A DNA stretch of 64,000 bases from NCBI GenBank assembly GCA_029548865.1, contig JAKPMO010000002.1:224001-288000 (forward strand), given 5' to 3'. How positions within the stretch are numbered: position 1 is the stretch's first letter; each line of letters opens with the position of its first letter. Below the pieces are notes generated by a model, which saw only the letters and a list, made by a program, of their open reading frames with translations, had not been told where the DNA came from and ran no database searches. Shown here piece by piece: positions 38,521 to 47,599 of the stretch. A program made the translations under genes and the position numbers. The stretch is from Caldisericota bacterium (GTDB lineage Bacteria > Caldisericota > Caldisericia > JAAYUI01).

Positions 38521-39096
38521 TTCATCCTGGTCTTTTGGTACAAAATTGAACTTGTTGCCGGCCGCCTGGTAACCTTCCTCTATTAGGAAAAGGCAAGCCT
38601 GTGCGGCTTTTTTTATTGCCTCTCCTAGTCCTTCATCCTTCGTCCTTGAAAGGACAAAATCAACTACCTCATCTTTTGTCTCCGGCCTTCCGACGCCTAT
38701 TTTGATCCTGTAAAAATCCGATTTTCCAGTTTCTTGTATTATGGATGCAATTCCCTTGTGTCCGCCATTTGATCCGCTTTTCCTGATCCTGAGGGCCCCT
38801 GACGGGAGGTCTATGTCGTCATGGATGATTATCCAGTGGTCGGAAGGCACCTCGTTAGCATTTGCAAGACACCCGACTGGCCCACCAGACAGGTTCATGA
38901 AAGAAAGAGGTTTTGCAATCACAAATTTCATTTCATCAAATTCCAGCCTGGCAATTTTTGCCCCGCAGGACATCCTTGAAATCCTTGTTTTCAGCGATTT
39001 TGCGAGGGCATCCACAGCATCAAAACCCACATTGTGCCGTGTGTGTGCGTATTTGAGTCCGGGATTTCCAAGTCCCACTATGAGCCATTTTTCCAT
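38512..39096 (-). CDS. pth: Peptidyl-tRNA hydrolase
   Basis: LIVGLGNPG, TRHNVGF, KPLSFMNLSG, HDDIDLP, GGHKG. Confidence 0.96.
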   Translation of the reverse strand: MEKWLIVGLGNPGLKYAHTRHNVGFDAVDALAKSLKTRISRMSCGAKIARLEFDEMKFVIAKPLSFMNLSGGPVGCLANANEVPSDHWIIIHDDIDLPSGALRIRKSGSNGGHKGIASIIQETGKSDFYRIKIGVGRPETKDEVVDFVLSRTKDEGLGEAIKKAAQACLFLIEEGYQAAGNKFNFVPKDQDELE

Positions 39097-39167
39097 ACGG
39101 AAACATTATCTACAAAAAACTCCGGCAGTCACGATTAAAATATTTACACAAATTGCAATTTGCGACC

Positions 39168-39205
39168 AAATAAAAAACGGCCCTTTTGGGGGCCGTTTTT
39201 TATTT
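39168..39205 (-). terminator. Rho-independent terminator of the serine operon
   Basis: AAATAAAAAACGGCCC-loop-GGGCCGTTTTTTATTT. Confidence 0.88.
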
Positions 39206-39222
39206 GTCTGGTTAATATTTGG

Positions 39223-40563
39223 CTATTTTACAGTCTCTTTGTCTGGGAAGTACTGAATTACAAGCCCTGACTGGACCTTCGGGAAGTAGTCCGTCGATTT
39301 CTGCGGCATTGTCTCGAAGTGTTTTGTTACATCCTCAACCTGGGTTGTGAGTGTCGGATTCATGAGGAAGACGCACTGGTGAGTGCCCTTGGCCACAGGT
39401 TCGACCGCTTCCGGAACATACCTTTCATAGTCAACGTTTGTCTGGGCAGCAAGCTTTGCATCGTCAATCCCCAGCTGTTTTTCAAGTATCAGCTTGTGGA
39501 GGATTGTTACATCCAGCCTCTTCCAGTCATTGGATTTTTCAACCGGAATGGAATCGGCGATTGACAGGTCCTTGAGAGTCAGCATGTACATCTTTTTTGA
39601 ACCCTTCGGGAAGTATCCGAAGGCGTGCTTGTCCACGTTTTTGCCCATCATTTCAACCAGTTTCCTTGCGGCATCGACTGCTGATCCGGAAACTTCAACC
39701 TCTGCTACATCAAAATTGCCCTTGAGCTGTTCAAGCAGTTTTGCGCCATCAAAATTTGGGACATCACGGACCAGCCTGTGGGTTGGGAAAACGTAAAGGT
39801 TTGGATCGGCCATGTTGACATAGGCGATCATCCTGTAGTTCCAGCCTTCTTTGCCAGTGAAACCCGGATTCTTTTCCCTCATCTCGTTGCGATAATTGAG
39901 GGCGGTTTCGTACCTGTGGTGGCCATCACAGATGATGGTTATTTTTGGGTCCATCAGGTCCTGCACCTTTTTTATTGTTGCCGGGTCGCTAATTTTCCAG
40001 ATTTTGTGGTGGGTCTTGTATTCGTCCACAGCATCAAAGAGGGGCCCCGAGCCGGTTTTCCCGGAGAGCACCTTGTTGATTGCGTCCTCATTGTCTCTGT
40101 AGAACATCAGGACGAGGCCAGTATTTGTTTTTGTTGACCTCATGAGCATGAGTCTGTCCTGCTTGGGGCCAGAAAGTGTGTGCTCGTGCGGATAGACAAT
40201 CTTTTCCGAATACTCGTGGAGTTTGCCTAGTGCTATGAAGCTCATGCGGGTAACGGTCTTGCCAGTATCAGGATGGATATATTCCTGGTTGTAGACGTAG
40301 ATGCACGGCTCTTGGTCGCGCTCAAAAATGTTCTCGGCCATCCACAGCTTTGTGTACCATTCTGCCCTGACATACTTGTTGTAGTTCTCGTCGTCCCCCT
40401 GGAGGTCCTTTCCCAGCTCAACGCGGATGGCGTTGTAAGGCGAGGTCTTATAGTATTCCTCCTGCATTTTTGGGGTGATTTTGTCGTATGGCTGGGTGAT
40501 CAGGTCCTGTATGTTACCAGCCTGTTTGCTGTAGTGGACTCCTTTAAAGGGGAGTATTTCCAT
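39223..40563 (-). CDS. DUF1015 family protein
   Basis: PYD, PHEHT, ICDGHHRYETA, PTHR, MPQKSTDYFPK. Confidence 0.9.
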   Translation of the reverse strand: MEILPFKGVHYSKQAGNIQDLITQPYDKITPKMQEEYYKTSPYNAIRVELGKDLQGDDENYNKYVRAEWYTKLWMAENIFERDQEPCIYVYNQEYIHPDTGKTVTRMSFIALGKLHEYSEKIVYPHEHTLSGPKQDRLMLMRSTKTNTGLVLMFYRDNEDAINKVLSGKTGSGPLFDAVDEYKTHHKIWKISDPATIKKVQDLMDPKITIICDGHHRYETALNYRNEMREKNPGFTGKEGWNYRMIAYVNMADPNLYVFPTHRLVRDVPNFDGAKLLEQLKGNFDVAEVEVSGSAVDAARKLVEMMGKNVDKHAFGYFPKGSKKMYMLTLKDLSIADSIPVEKSNDWKRLDVTILHKLILEKQLGIDDAKLAAQTNVDYERYVPEAVEPVAKGTHQCVFLMNPTLTTQVEDVTKHFETMPQKSTDYFPKVQSGLVIQYFPDKETVK

Positions 40564-40569
40564 CGATTT

Positions 40570-41484
40570 CTATTTTCCTTCCTTGAAGAATTCGGCGATC
40601 TTTTCTGCCAGTTGAACGCCAGCCCTTGTTTGACCTTCTTCGGTGGCGGCTCCAATATGTGGAGTAAGGGCAACATTCGGCAGGGAAGCCAGCTTGTTTA
40701 CTCCTTCCGGTGGCTCCTTCTCGAAGACATCGATACCGGCCGCGAAGAGTTTTCCTTCTTTTAGCGCATTGTAGAGCGCCTCTTCGTTGACAGTACCGCC
40801 CCTTGCGCAATTTACGAGCACAAGGCCTTTCTTGCACTTGTCAAAGTCCTGCTTATCCAGAATGTTTTTTGTTTCAGGGGTAAGCGGAATATGGAGCGAG
40901 ATGAAATCTGCTTTTGCAAGCAATTCATCTTTGCTTACCATGTGTATGCCCTGCATGCCTGGATCGGAAACGTATGGATCAAAAGCAATAACTTCCATTC
41001 CAAATGCCATTGCCCTCTTAGCTGTTTCCCTGCCGATTCTTCCAACACCAATGAGTCCCAGTGTTTTTCCGTAGAGCTCCACGCCTTCCATGACCTTCTT
41101 TTCCCACTTGCCCTCTTTCATGGTGGCTGTTCCGTAGCCGATCCAGCGGGAAGCGGCAAGCATGTGGCCAATTGCCAGCTCTGCAACACTGATTGATGTT
41201 GCTGCCGGGGTATTTACGACCTTGATCCCCTTTTCTTTTGCAGCATTGGAGTCAACATTGTCCAGACCAACACCGGCCCTTCCGATGATCCTCAGTTTTG
41301 AACCGGCCTTTATTACGTCAGCAGTGACCTTTGTGGCCGACCTGACGATGATGGCATCATAGTCCCCGATTGAACTGACAAGCTCCTCGGGCGTCATTTT
41401 TTTGACAACGACCTCATGTCCTTCTTTTTGCAGAAGGTCCACTCCTGCTTTTGCTATTGGATCAGAAATCAATATTTTGGCCAT
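40570..41484 (-). CDS. serA: D-3-phosphoglycerate dehydrogenase-like 2-hydroxyacid dehydrogenase (short form)
   Basis: VRSATKVT, GRAGVGLDNVD, GVGRIG, NCARG, TPHIGA. Confidence 0.85.
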   Translation of the reverse strand: MAKILISDPIAKAGVDLLQKEGHEVVVKKMTPEELVSSIGDYDAIIVRSATKVTADVIKAGSKLRIIGRAGVGLDNVDSNAAKEKGIKVVNTPAATSISVAELAIGHMLAASRWIGYGTATMKEGKWEKKVMEGVELYGKTLGLIGVGRIGRETAKRAMAFGMEVIAFDPYVSDPGMQGIHMVSKDELLAKADFISLHIPLTPETKNILDKQDFDKCKKGLVLVNCARGGTVNEEALYNALKEGKLFAAGIDVFEKEPPEGVNKLASLPNVALTPHIGAATEEGQTRAGVQLAEKIAEFFKEGK

Positions 41485-41504
41485 AAAAACACCCCCTTTT
41501 GGAT

Positions 41505-42650
41505 TTATTCCTGTGCCATCTCCTTCATAAAGGCAGAGACGCCAGAACCGATTTCAAATTTGTGTCCAAGCTCTTTGAGTGTAAGCTCCAGGGCTGCGAG
41601 GCAGGCTAGCTCGGAGTACATGTCCATATATCCCATGTGACCAAGCCTGAAGATTTTGCCTGAGAAGTCGCCCTGACCACCGGCGATTGTTATGCCGTAC
41701 TTGTCCCTTATGACTGAGGTTACCTTTTTGCCGTCAACGCCATCCGGGATCTTGACTGTTGTTACTGCATCGCCCGGGCATTTTGCAAACAGCTCGAGGT
41801 TCATTGCTTTCATGGCAGTTCTGATGCCTTTGGCGAGCTTTGTTGATCTGGCCCAGACGTTTTCAAGCCCTTCGGCCTTCATCATCTCGAAAGCTTTGTC
41901 GGCTTGGTAAATGATCCCGATTGGTGGTGTCCACGGGGTTTCGTTGTCAACAAGTTTCTTCTGGAACAGCTTGAGGTCAAAATAGAACTTGTGCTGTTTG
42001 TTGTTTTCAACGAGCTTCCATGCTTTTTCGTTCATGCAGATGAAAGCCATTCCTGGTGGAAGCATCATGCCTTTCTGGGAACCACCGACTACCACATCAA
42101 CGTTCCACTCGTCCATCTTGAGTGGCACAACGCCGATGCCTGAAACGCCATCAACCACGAGTATTGCGTTGGTTTTGCTGACTATTTTTGCGAAACCTGC
42201 AGTGTCAGAGCATGCGCCGGTCGATGTTTCGGAGAGCTGGCAGAAAACAGCAACTGTATCCGGATTTTCTTTAATCACTGCTTCAAGCTCTGCTGGGGTT
42301 GCCATGTCGCCCCAGTCTTTTTTAATTTCGATAACATTTGCACCGTAGGCCTTATTGATCTTCACCCATCTTCCACCAAAGTTTCCGGCATTGATTACAA
42401 TGACTTTGTCTCCAGTGTTGACAAGGTTCTGGACGGCTGTTTCCATGGCGCCTGATCCCGATGAGGCCAGGAGATAGGAGTCATACTTGGTCCCAAGGAG
42501 CCATTTCATGTCGTCCGTCACCTTGCGGAACATCTTCTTGGCGACTGGATGCTTGTGGTGCGTTATTTCCCTTGCGCCCTCAAGCCTTACCTCTTCTGGA
42601 AGCGGGGTTGGACCCGGTGCGAGCAAAAATTTGTACAATGTTTTCATCAA
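41505..42650 (-). CDS. Class V PLP aminotransferase (serine-pyruvate / phosphoserine type)
   Basis: LAPGPTP, SGSGAME, SETSTG, VDGVS, GSQKGMMLPPG, FRLGHMG. Confidence 0.92.
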   Translation of the reverse strand: MMKTLYKFLLAPGPTPLPEEVRLEGAREITHHKHPVAKKMFRKVTDDMKWLLGTKYDSYLLASSGSGAMETAVQNLVNTGDKVIVINAGNFGGRWVKINKAYGANVIEIKKDWGDMATPAELEAVIKENPDTVAVFCQLSETSTGACSDTAGFAKIVSKTNAILVVDGVSGIGVVPLKMDEWNVDVVVGGSQKGMMLPPGMAFICMNEKAWKLVENNKQHKFYFDLKLFQKKLVDNETPWTPPIGIIYQADKAFEMMKAEGLENVWARSTKLAKGIRTAMKAMNLELFAKCPGDAVTTVKIPDGVDGKKVTSVIRDKYGITIAGGQGDFSGKIFRLGHMGYMDMYSELACLAALELTLKELGHKFEIGSGVSAFMKEMAQE

Positions 42651-42665
42651 AAAACTCCTTTCGGT

Positions 42666-42887
42666 TTATTGTGGCCGGGGCGGTGTTCCGCCGCGGTTAA
42701 CTGCATGGTTTTGCGTCAAAAGCTCTATGTTATTTTGTGTCCGGGTTTTTTTGATATGAGGATACTTACGAGGCGATTCTTTTCTGTTTGAAGCGCTGTT
42801 CCCATGCCAATCGCGGTTGCATTTTGGGTCTGGTAAGATGCCCCTGCCCAAAGGGAAAGCGCTTGAGAGCGATATTATTTCAATCAC
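42666..42887 (-). other. Putative leader uORF (73 codons) within the structured 5' leader of the serine operon
   Basis: RBS AAGGAG before GTG; Ser at codons 6, 8 and 9; overlaps a three-way junction at 42791-42864. Confidence 0.35.
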
Positions 42888-42908
42888 TTCACTCCTTCCG
42901 GGCCTCCT

Positions 42909-42936
42909 ATTGTAATAACCGATTTTTTGTTTTCAA
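42909..42936 (-). promoter_or_regulatory. Sigma70-type promoter of the serine operon leader
   Basis: TTGAAA-16 nt-TACAAT. Confidence 0.6.
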
Positions 42937-43084
42937 GCGTTGCCCACCAAAGTGGGCCAAACTGATTATAACAAGTATATTTTTATTGGAGAAACAATGA
43001 CCAAATCAGGCACCAACAACTATGCCGCTATCCAATAATAGCAGATTTCGCCAATATAAAATGGACAAAATTATTTGAGTGCTT

Positions 43085-43459
43085 CTATGGTTTTGTAGGT
43101 GGTTGCAGCCAGTAAAAGGCACCAATCGTGTTGAAATACCCGAACAGATTGGTAATAAAAACATATATTCCCACCCAGAATGCTATTTTCATCCAGAGAG
43201 GGAGCTTAAAGAAGGAAAGATTTTTTCTGGTTATTTCGAGATACACGCAGAGAACTATAACAACCATTCCGGCCAGTGTTACCCAAAAATTCCAGATTAT
43301 TGAACGTGGATTCATGACAACAAGCAGATTTCCAAATATTGCCATCGCGGATGCTGCTATTACTGCCAATATCGTGTATAAATCAAGTTTATTTGAAACT
43401 ATGGTTATTTTCTCGGTGCTACCAGGCCCTTCGATAACTCTTCCGTCGTTTTCTTCCAT
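43085..43459 (-). CDS. Hypothetical three-TM membrane protein
   Basis: RBS AAGGAG before ATG43459; three hydrophobic helices. Confidence 0.7.
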   Translation of the reverse strand: MEENDGRVIEGPGSTEKITIVSNKLDLYTILAVIAASAMAIFGNLLVVMNPRSIIWNFWVTLAGMVVIVLCVYLEITRKNLSFFKLPLWMKIAFWVGIYVFITNLFGYFNTIGAFYWLQPPTKP

Positions 43460-43546
43460 TTTTTCAGCTCCTTCGTTGAGAATGGTACATAAATACACAT
43501 GTTTTTGTCAATAGGTAAAAAATTATTAAGTAGAAGGTGAAACCAT

Positions 43547-43825
43547 GCTAGGTAGCTAGTGTATCAGTATATGTGCCTGGCAAGTCATGTTTGTGAGTAG
43601 AAAGAAAAGAAGAGAATTAAAAAAGAAGAAATGCTTGCTAACAGGCCGCTAATATTGAGGGACTAGTATCTAGCCACCAAAAAATTGAAAGGAGAAAGTA
43701 TATGGACCAGTTTATGTTTGCTGAAATGCTGATAGAGAACATCGTTAATAACTACGGTTGCGAAGACGGACACGATTGCAACCAGAATGAGCTCTAGTTT
43801 ACATGAACATGACTTGCCAAGGCAC
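43547..43825 (+). ncRNA. Candidate structured RNA / small-ORF mRNA with two long-range stems
   Basis: 43547-43560 pairs with 43662-43674; 43573-43595 pairs with 43802-43825; G-U pairs favour the plus strand. Confidence 0.45.
43702..43797 (+). CDS. Small ORF, 31 aa: MDQFMFAEMLIENIVNNYGCEDGHDCNQNEL
   Basis: Strong RBS AAAGGAG upstream of ATG; below the ORF-track size cutoff. Confidence 0.5.
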   Translation: MDQFMFAEMLIENIVNNYGCEDGHDCNQNEL

Positions 43826-43841
43826 TGGAAAACTTTATAAT
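43814..43841 (+). promoter_or_regulatory. Promoter of tRNA-Gly
   Basis: TTGCCA-16 nt-TATAAT, 11 nt before the tRNA. Confidence 0.65.
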
Positions 43842-43852
43842 CCCAACTGGTT

Positions 43853-43927
43853 GCGGGAATAGCTCAGTGGTAGAGCGTCGGCTTCCCAAGCCGGATGTCG
43901 CGGGTTCAAATCCCGTTTCCCGCTCCA
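43853..43927 (+). tRNA. tRNA-Gly(CCC)
   Basis: Cloverleaf with GCGGGAA/TTCCCGC acceptor stem, anticodon loop TT-CCC-AA, encoded CCA. Confidence 0.97.
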
Positions 43928-43956
43928 GTGCCACACCAACAAGGAAGAATGAGGCG

Positions 43957-43984
43957 AGGTCCGAAAGGGCCTTTTTTTATTTTT
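43957..43984 (+). terminator. Terminator after tRNA-Gly
   Basis: AGGTCC-GAAA-GGGCCT followed by a T-run. Confidence 0.8.
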
Positions 43985-44057
43985 GTCGTTACTTGTTTTT
44001 TTAGGCTAAACCCTGGTACTTGTCACAGGCCATCTTTTTGTTATAAATAACTTGCGC

Positions 44058-44132
44058 GGCGACGTAGCCAAGTGGTAAGGCGAAGGTCTGCAAAACCTTT
44101 ATCCAGGGGTTCGATTCCCCTCGTCGCCTCCA
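44058..44132 (+). tRNA. tRNA-Cys(GCA)
   Basis: GGCGACG/CGTCGCC acceptor stem, anticodon GCA, U73 discriminator, CCA; promoter TTGTCA-16-TATAAA at 44020-44047. Confidence 0.97.
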
Positions 44133-44144
44133 GTCAGAAAAAAA

Positions 44145-45032
44145 TTACCCAAGCCTTTCAACATCAACCCCGTCTTTTTGGGCTTTTACATTTTCTTTGC
44201 TAGATAAAACCGTATACATGGCCACATCAACAATAATAATTCCAAGGATCCCAGCCTGTTGGCCTAGTGTTGCAATCATGGGAATATTTCTTGTTATTCT
44301 TGACAGTAACATGGCGCCAGAAACAATCGTTGCCATCACGAAAATAATAAGCCAGAAATTGCCCCTTGTCAGATGCATTGCATATTTAAATGAATCAATC
44401 AGCGATTCCGAAGATTCGCATCGGATGTAGGGAAGATAGGTCAATCTTATAAAAAGAACTGATAGTGCAATCACAGATGCCGAGACGGCAAAGGACCAAC
44501 CCACATAGGATGGAGAATCATGGATGATTGTTGGTGTTGCCTCGAGAATTGTCATTATGAGGCCTATCAAACCTGCTATGGACAATACTATCAGATTTAT
44601 TGAAAGCCCGCCGATATATCTTGCAATTGCTCTAAATTGTCTAAAAGCTGATGAGAGTTGCGCTCTTCCTCTTCGTGCAACTTCTAGCACAAAAAAGGCT
44701 GCAATGCCAGCAAGAACAGACAGGAGGAGTACATAAATTATAAATTCAGCCAGAGCGCCCAATCCCTTTATTGCGACTACGCTCTCCCCGATCCTTGATA
44801 TTTCTGAGAGTCCTTTTTGTGTTATTTTTTCTATAATTTGTGACCACTCCTGGCTTGGTGCCCCCTGCATTGACCAGCCATTGCCTGCAATAAGTGATGA
44901 AATCCTGGGCAAGAGTTGGTTTATCAAATAGGCGCATGCGGTCATGGAGAAGAGCAGGACGGTCAACTTTGTTAGCGACGTGCGTACTATTTGGTCTATT
45001 TTTCCGAAAATTTTTCCTATTTTTTCAAGCAT
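44145..45032 (-). CDS. Multi-pass membrane protein (DUF975/GDPD membrane-anchor-like), paralog 1
   Basis: About 6 TM; RLTYLPY..IDSFKYAMHLTRGNFW motif. Confidence 0.75.
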   Translation of the reverse strand: MLEKIGKIFGKIDQIVRTSLTKLTVLLFSMTACAYLINQLLPRISSLIAGNGWSMQGAPSQEWSQIIEKITQKGLSEISRIGESVVAIKGLGALAEFIIYVLLLSVLAGIAAFFVLEVARRGRAQLSSAFRQFRAIARYIGGLSINLIVLSIAGLIGLIMTILEATPTIIHDSPSYVGWSFAVSASVIALSVLFIRLTYLPYIRCESSESLIDSFKYAMHLTRGNFWLIIFVMATIVSGAMLLSRITRNIPMIATLGQQAGILGIIIVDVAMYTVLSSKENVKAQKDGVDVERLG

Positions 45033-45828
45033 TCTCCATCTTCCTGTTTATTGCTTCGGTATAAATGGGAAGCAAAAGCGTTAACGTTACGACAGTTTCC
45101 AGTGCTATAAAAAATTCAGTCAGCCCAATAAGCCTGCCAGTGAGACCGGATATGGCGAAAAAGGCAATGGAAACCAAAAAAGACAAGCCTGCTATCACCC
45201 AGAAAAACGGTGCCGATATTTCGTATGACGAGACGAGTGTTTCCATAACCGGTTTTTTTGTCAGCGCGAACCCGTATGGTGCAAGCTGGAGCCTGATGAT
45301 GAAAAATACCATTACGAGAGCTGATATTGCAACGAAAAAAATTGCAGCAGGAGAAACAAATATTCCAATAAGTATACCTATCATGAGAATGAAAAACATG
45401 AATACAAATTCCAAGAGAAACATTGTAATCATCCTTGGCAAGAGTGCGAAACCTTTTGAAAAGAAAATCGACAGCCTTTCTTTAAGTGCCCCGCCATTTG
45501 TGGCCATATTTATGAATCCACCCATAAAGAAAGAAGAAAGGAGTATTGTTCCTACAAAATATATCGCAATTGAAAAGCCGAGGATTCTGAGCTCCTGAGC
45601 GGATAGTGATCGGGCCAAAGTAGAACCTGATTCCATACTCTTTAAACCTGTCGTGATGATTGATGATATTGAATCCCCCGGTGGTACAATCTGATCAGTT
45701 ATGGCTATTATTGGTATACTCAGGATTATCAGCAATATTGTGTAAACAATTGCTGCTATGGCAAAATCGGCCAGGTGTTCTTTTATGGTTTTTGCGAAGG
45801 TTACGAATGCGTTTTCCGATGTGGTCAT
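45025..45828 (-). CDS. Multi-pass membrane protein, same family, paralog 2
   Basis: RLQLAPY..METLVSSYEISAPFFW; ATG45828 follows TTGACT-16-TATACT. Confidence 0.75.
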   Translation of the reverse strand: MTTSENAFVTFAKTIKEHLADFAIAAIVYTILLIILSIPIIAITDQIVPPGDSISSIITTGLKSMESGSTLARSLSAQELRILGFSIAIYFVGTILLSSFFMGGFINMATNGGALKERLSIFFSKGFALLPRMITMFLLEFVFMFFILMIGILIGIFVSPAAIFFVAISALVMVFFIIRLQLAPYGFALTKKPVMETLVSSYEISAPFFWVIAGLSFLVSIAFFAISGLTGRLIGLTEFFIALETVVTLTLLLPIYTEAINRKMENA

Positions 45829-45905
45829 GAAAGCAAGTATAGTAAAGACATACACACAGTCAACGCTTGACGCGGAGTCTTTTTATACAATAATTTAGAA
45901 AGCAC

Positions 45906-45988
45906 GCCGGAGTGGCGAAATGGTAGACGCACGGGACTTAAAATCCTGCGGTGGTGACACTGTGCCGGTTCAAGTCCGGCCTCCGGCA
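45906..45988 (+). tRNA. tRNA-Leu(TAA), CCA not encoded
   Basis: GCCGGAG/CTCCGGC acceptor stem, anticodon TAA, long variable arm, A73. Confidence 0.96.
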
Positions 45989-46016
45989 GTTTTTTATTTC
46001 ATTGGTGGATAAAGAC

Positions 46017-46721
46017 ATGAAATCAAAACCATCTTTAGTTGTGTTGCATGGGCTTGGAGCGAGCTCCGAGTGGATGGGGATGTATAAAAAATCCTTTTCC
46101 GATAACTACAACGTAATTATCCCAGATATGCCCTATTCGCCTGATTCCGGCCCGCATTGCGGCAGGAGTATTACAGGTTATGTGGACTATGTGTACGAAT
46201 TATTAAAAGACACTATCAGAGTAGAAGGGTCTATCCTAATTGGAGAATCTCTCGGTGGTGCTGTTGCGATGATGCTTTGTCAAAAAATATCCTTTAAAAA
46301 ACTGGTTCTCATTGCACCAAGCCTTGGAATTGAAAAGGGTTTTATATCAACATATTTGAGGATGTTGCTTGTTCCCGTTGACATTCTTGCAGAGCCTGTA
46401 GCAGAAAAGATTGCCAAATCTGATCCGGAGTTGGGGGTACTTTCCAAGAAGATCATGGTTTCAACACCCAAATACAAAATGTTAAATCCGCTTGTTGCCA
46501 TGAAAAGATTTAGCGCTTTTGATTTGGGATCAGACTGTCTCCCAGAATTACTTGTTATCGGAGGAAAGTACGACAAGGTTGTCCCAGAAGATAAACTCAG
46601 GTTGTTTGCAAGCAAACATGGCGCCAATTTGTACATAAATAATGAATCAGGCCACCATGTTGCTGTGAACAGGTGGCCTGATGTCGAGGCTAGGATAAAA
46701 GAATTTATTCCATATCTTTAG
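46017..46721 (+). CDS. Alpha/beta hydrolase
   Basis: VLHGLG, GESLGG nucleophile elbow, GKYDKVVP, SGH. Confidence 0.9.
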   Translation: MKSKPSLVVLHGLGASSEWMGMYKKSFSDNYNVIIPDMPYSPDSGPHCGRSITGYVDYVYELLKDTIRVEGSILIGESLGGAVAMMLCQKISFKKLVLIAPSLGIEKGFISTYLRMLLVPVDILAEPVAEKIAKSDPELGVLSKKIMVSTPKYKMLNPLVAMKRFSAFDLGSDCLPELLVIGGKYDKVVPEDKLRLFASKHGANLYINNESGHHVAVNRWPDVEARIKEFIPYL

Positions 46722-47586
46722 TTTCGTAATCGTAGTCATGTTGCTTGATGTACACTTCAAGATACCTGAGGTCCCTGTCAAAGAATTGTGGTGAAATGAT
46801 TGGCAGATTGCGCTCTTCTTCCCATTCCTGGAGTCCTCTTATCATTATGAATTCCTCAAATCCAAGAGACATCAGGAAAAAGTATGGCCAGAGGCTCATG
46901 GAAGGGGTCACGGTAAAGTTTGTAAAATAGACAATCAGCACTGGGAAAATAGAAATGAACAGTATAAGGAGCCTTATTCCAAAGATTGCCCAGAACCTTC
47001 TGGATGTTGCCACCCATGAGCGCTTCAATGCCCCGAAAATGCCTTCTCCCGAGATGATCAACACCGGAGCGTATGAAAATTTGGTCAAAACCATGTATGC
47101 CAGTATCAGCATGACGAGGTATATCCAATTGATGGCAATTTGTGGAACAAAGATCGCTTCCATAAGGATTTGCAATCCGTACATTGCGCCAAGGAAAAGT
47201 GAGAAAAGAAGGACAAGAAAACTTGTGTAAGAAAGCATCCTTTTTGTATAGAATACTATTCCATTGATGAATGTTCTCTGTGCAATGTGCTTGGGGTCGA
47301 CCGTTCCTATGAGAAACCTGTATGCGCCAGCAAGAGCTGGTGCCGCTATGAACATCCAGAAGACCAGAAACAGCGCTACTGTAATGATGTTTGGTACACT
47401 CGGCCAGTAGATAAAAGAAAGGATGCTTTTGGTAAGGCTTGGAGGGTTTTTGAAAGAGAGGGCCATTATTATTTCAGACAGGAAGAGCGAGAAATAGATT
47501 GAGACTACGAATGCAGCTCCGACACCAAGAAGCCCTGCCACATGCCTTAGCATTTTCTGCCATGTTCTGGTCCAAAAATTGTTCAT
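46705..47586 (-). CDS. Multi-pass membrane protein, same family, paralog 3
   Basis: KFSYAPVLI..FGALKRSWVATSRRFW; RBS AAGGAG before ATG47586. Confidence 0.78.
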   Translation of the reverse strand: MNNFWTRTWQKMLRHVAGLLGVGAAFVVSIYFSLFLSEIIMALSFKNPPSLTKSILSFIYWPSVPNIITVALFLVFWMFIAAPALAGAYRFLIGTVDPKHIAQRTFINGIVFYTKRMLSYTSFLVLLFSLFLGAMYGLQILMEAIFVPQIAINWIYLVMLILAYMVLTKFSYAPVLIISGEGIFGALKRSWVATSRRFWAIFGIRLLILFISIFPVLIVYFTNFTVTPSMSLWPYFFLMSLGFEEFIMIRGLQEWEEERNLPIISPQFFDRDLRYLEVYIKQHDYDYETKDME

Positions 47587-47599
47587 GATGCTCCTTTCA

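Noticed and set aside
42670..42700. T-box antiterminator or terminator upstream of the serine operon
   Set aside because: GGCGGAACACCG only loosely resembles GGTGGNACC; no U-tract on the coding strand and no recognisable stem I
43545..43640. Amber read-through ORF MLGS*CISICAWQVMFVSRKKRRELKRRNAC
   Set aside because: Needs TAG suppression, and there is no pyrrolysine evidence in the window; the basic tail just reflects the purine-rich tract
43545..43825. Retron msr-msd, tmRNA, 6S, RNase P or SRP RNA
   Set aside because: No reverse transcriptase nearby; no tRNA-like ends or Ala-ending tag; no continuous 6S-like rod; no RNase P or SRP signature. Kept as an unknown structured RNA
45951..46016. 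ORF-track start of the hydrolase inside tRNA-Leu
   Set aside because: Overlaps the tRNA; ATG46017 fits the fold start
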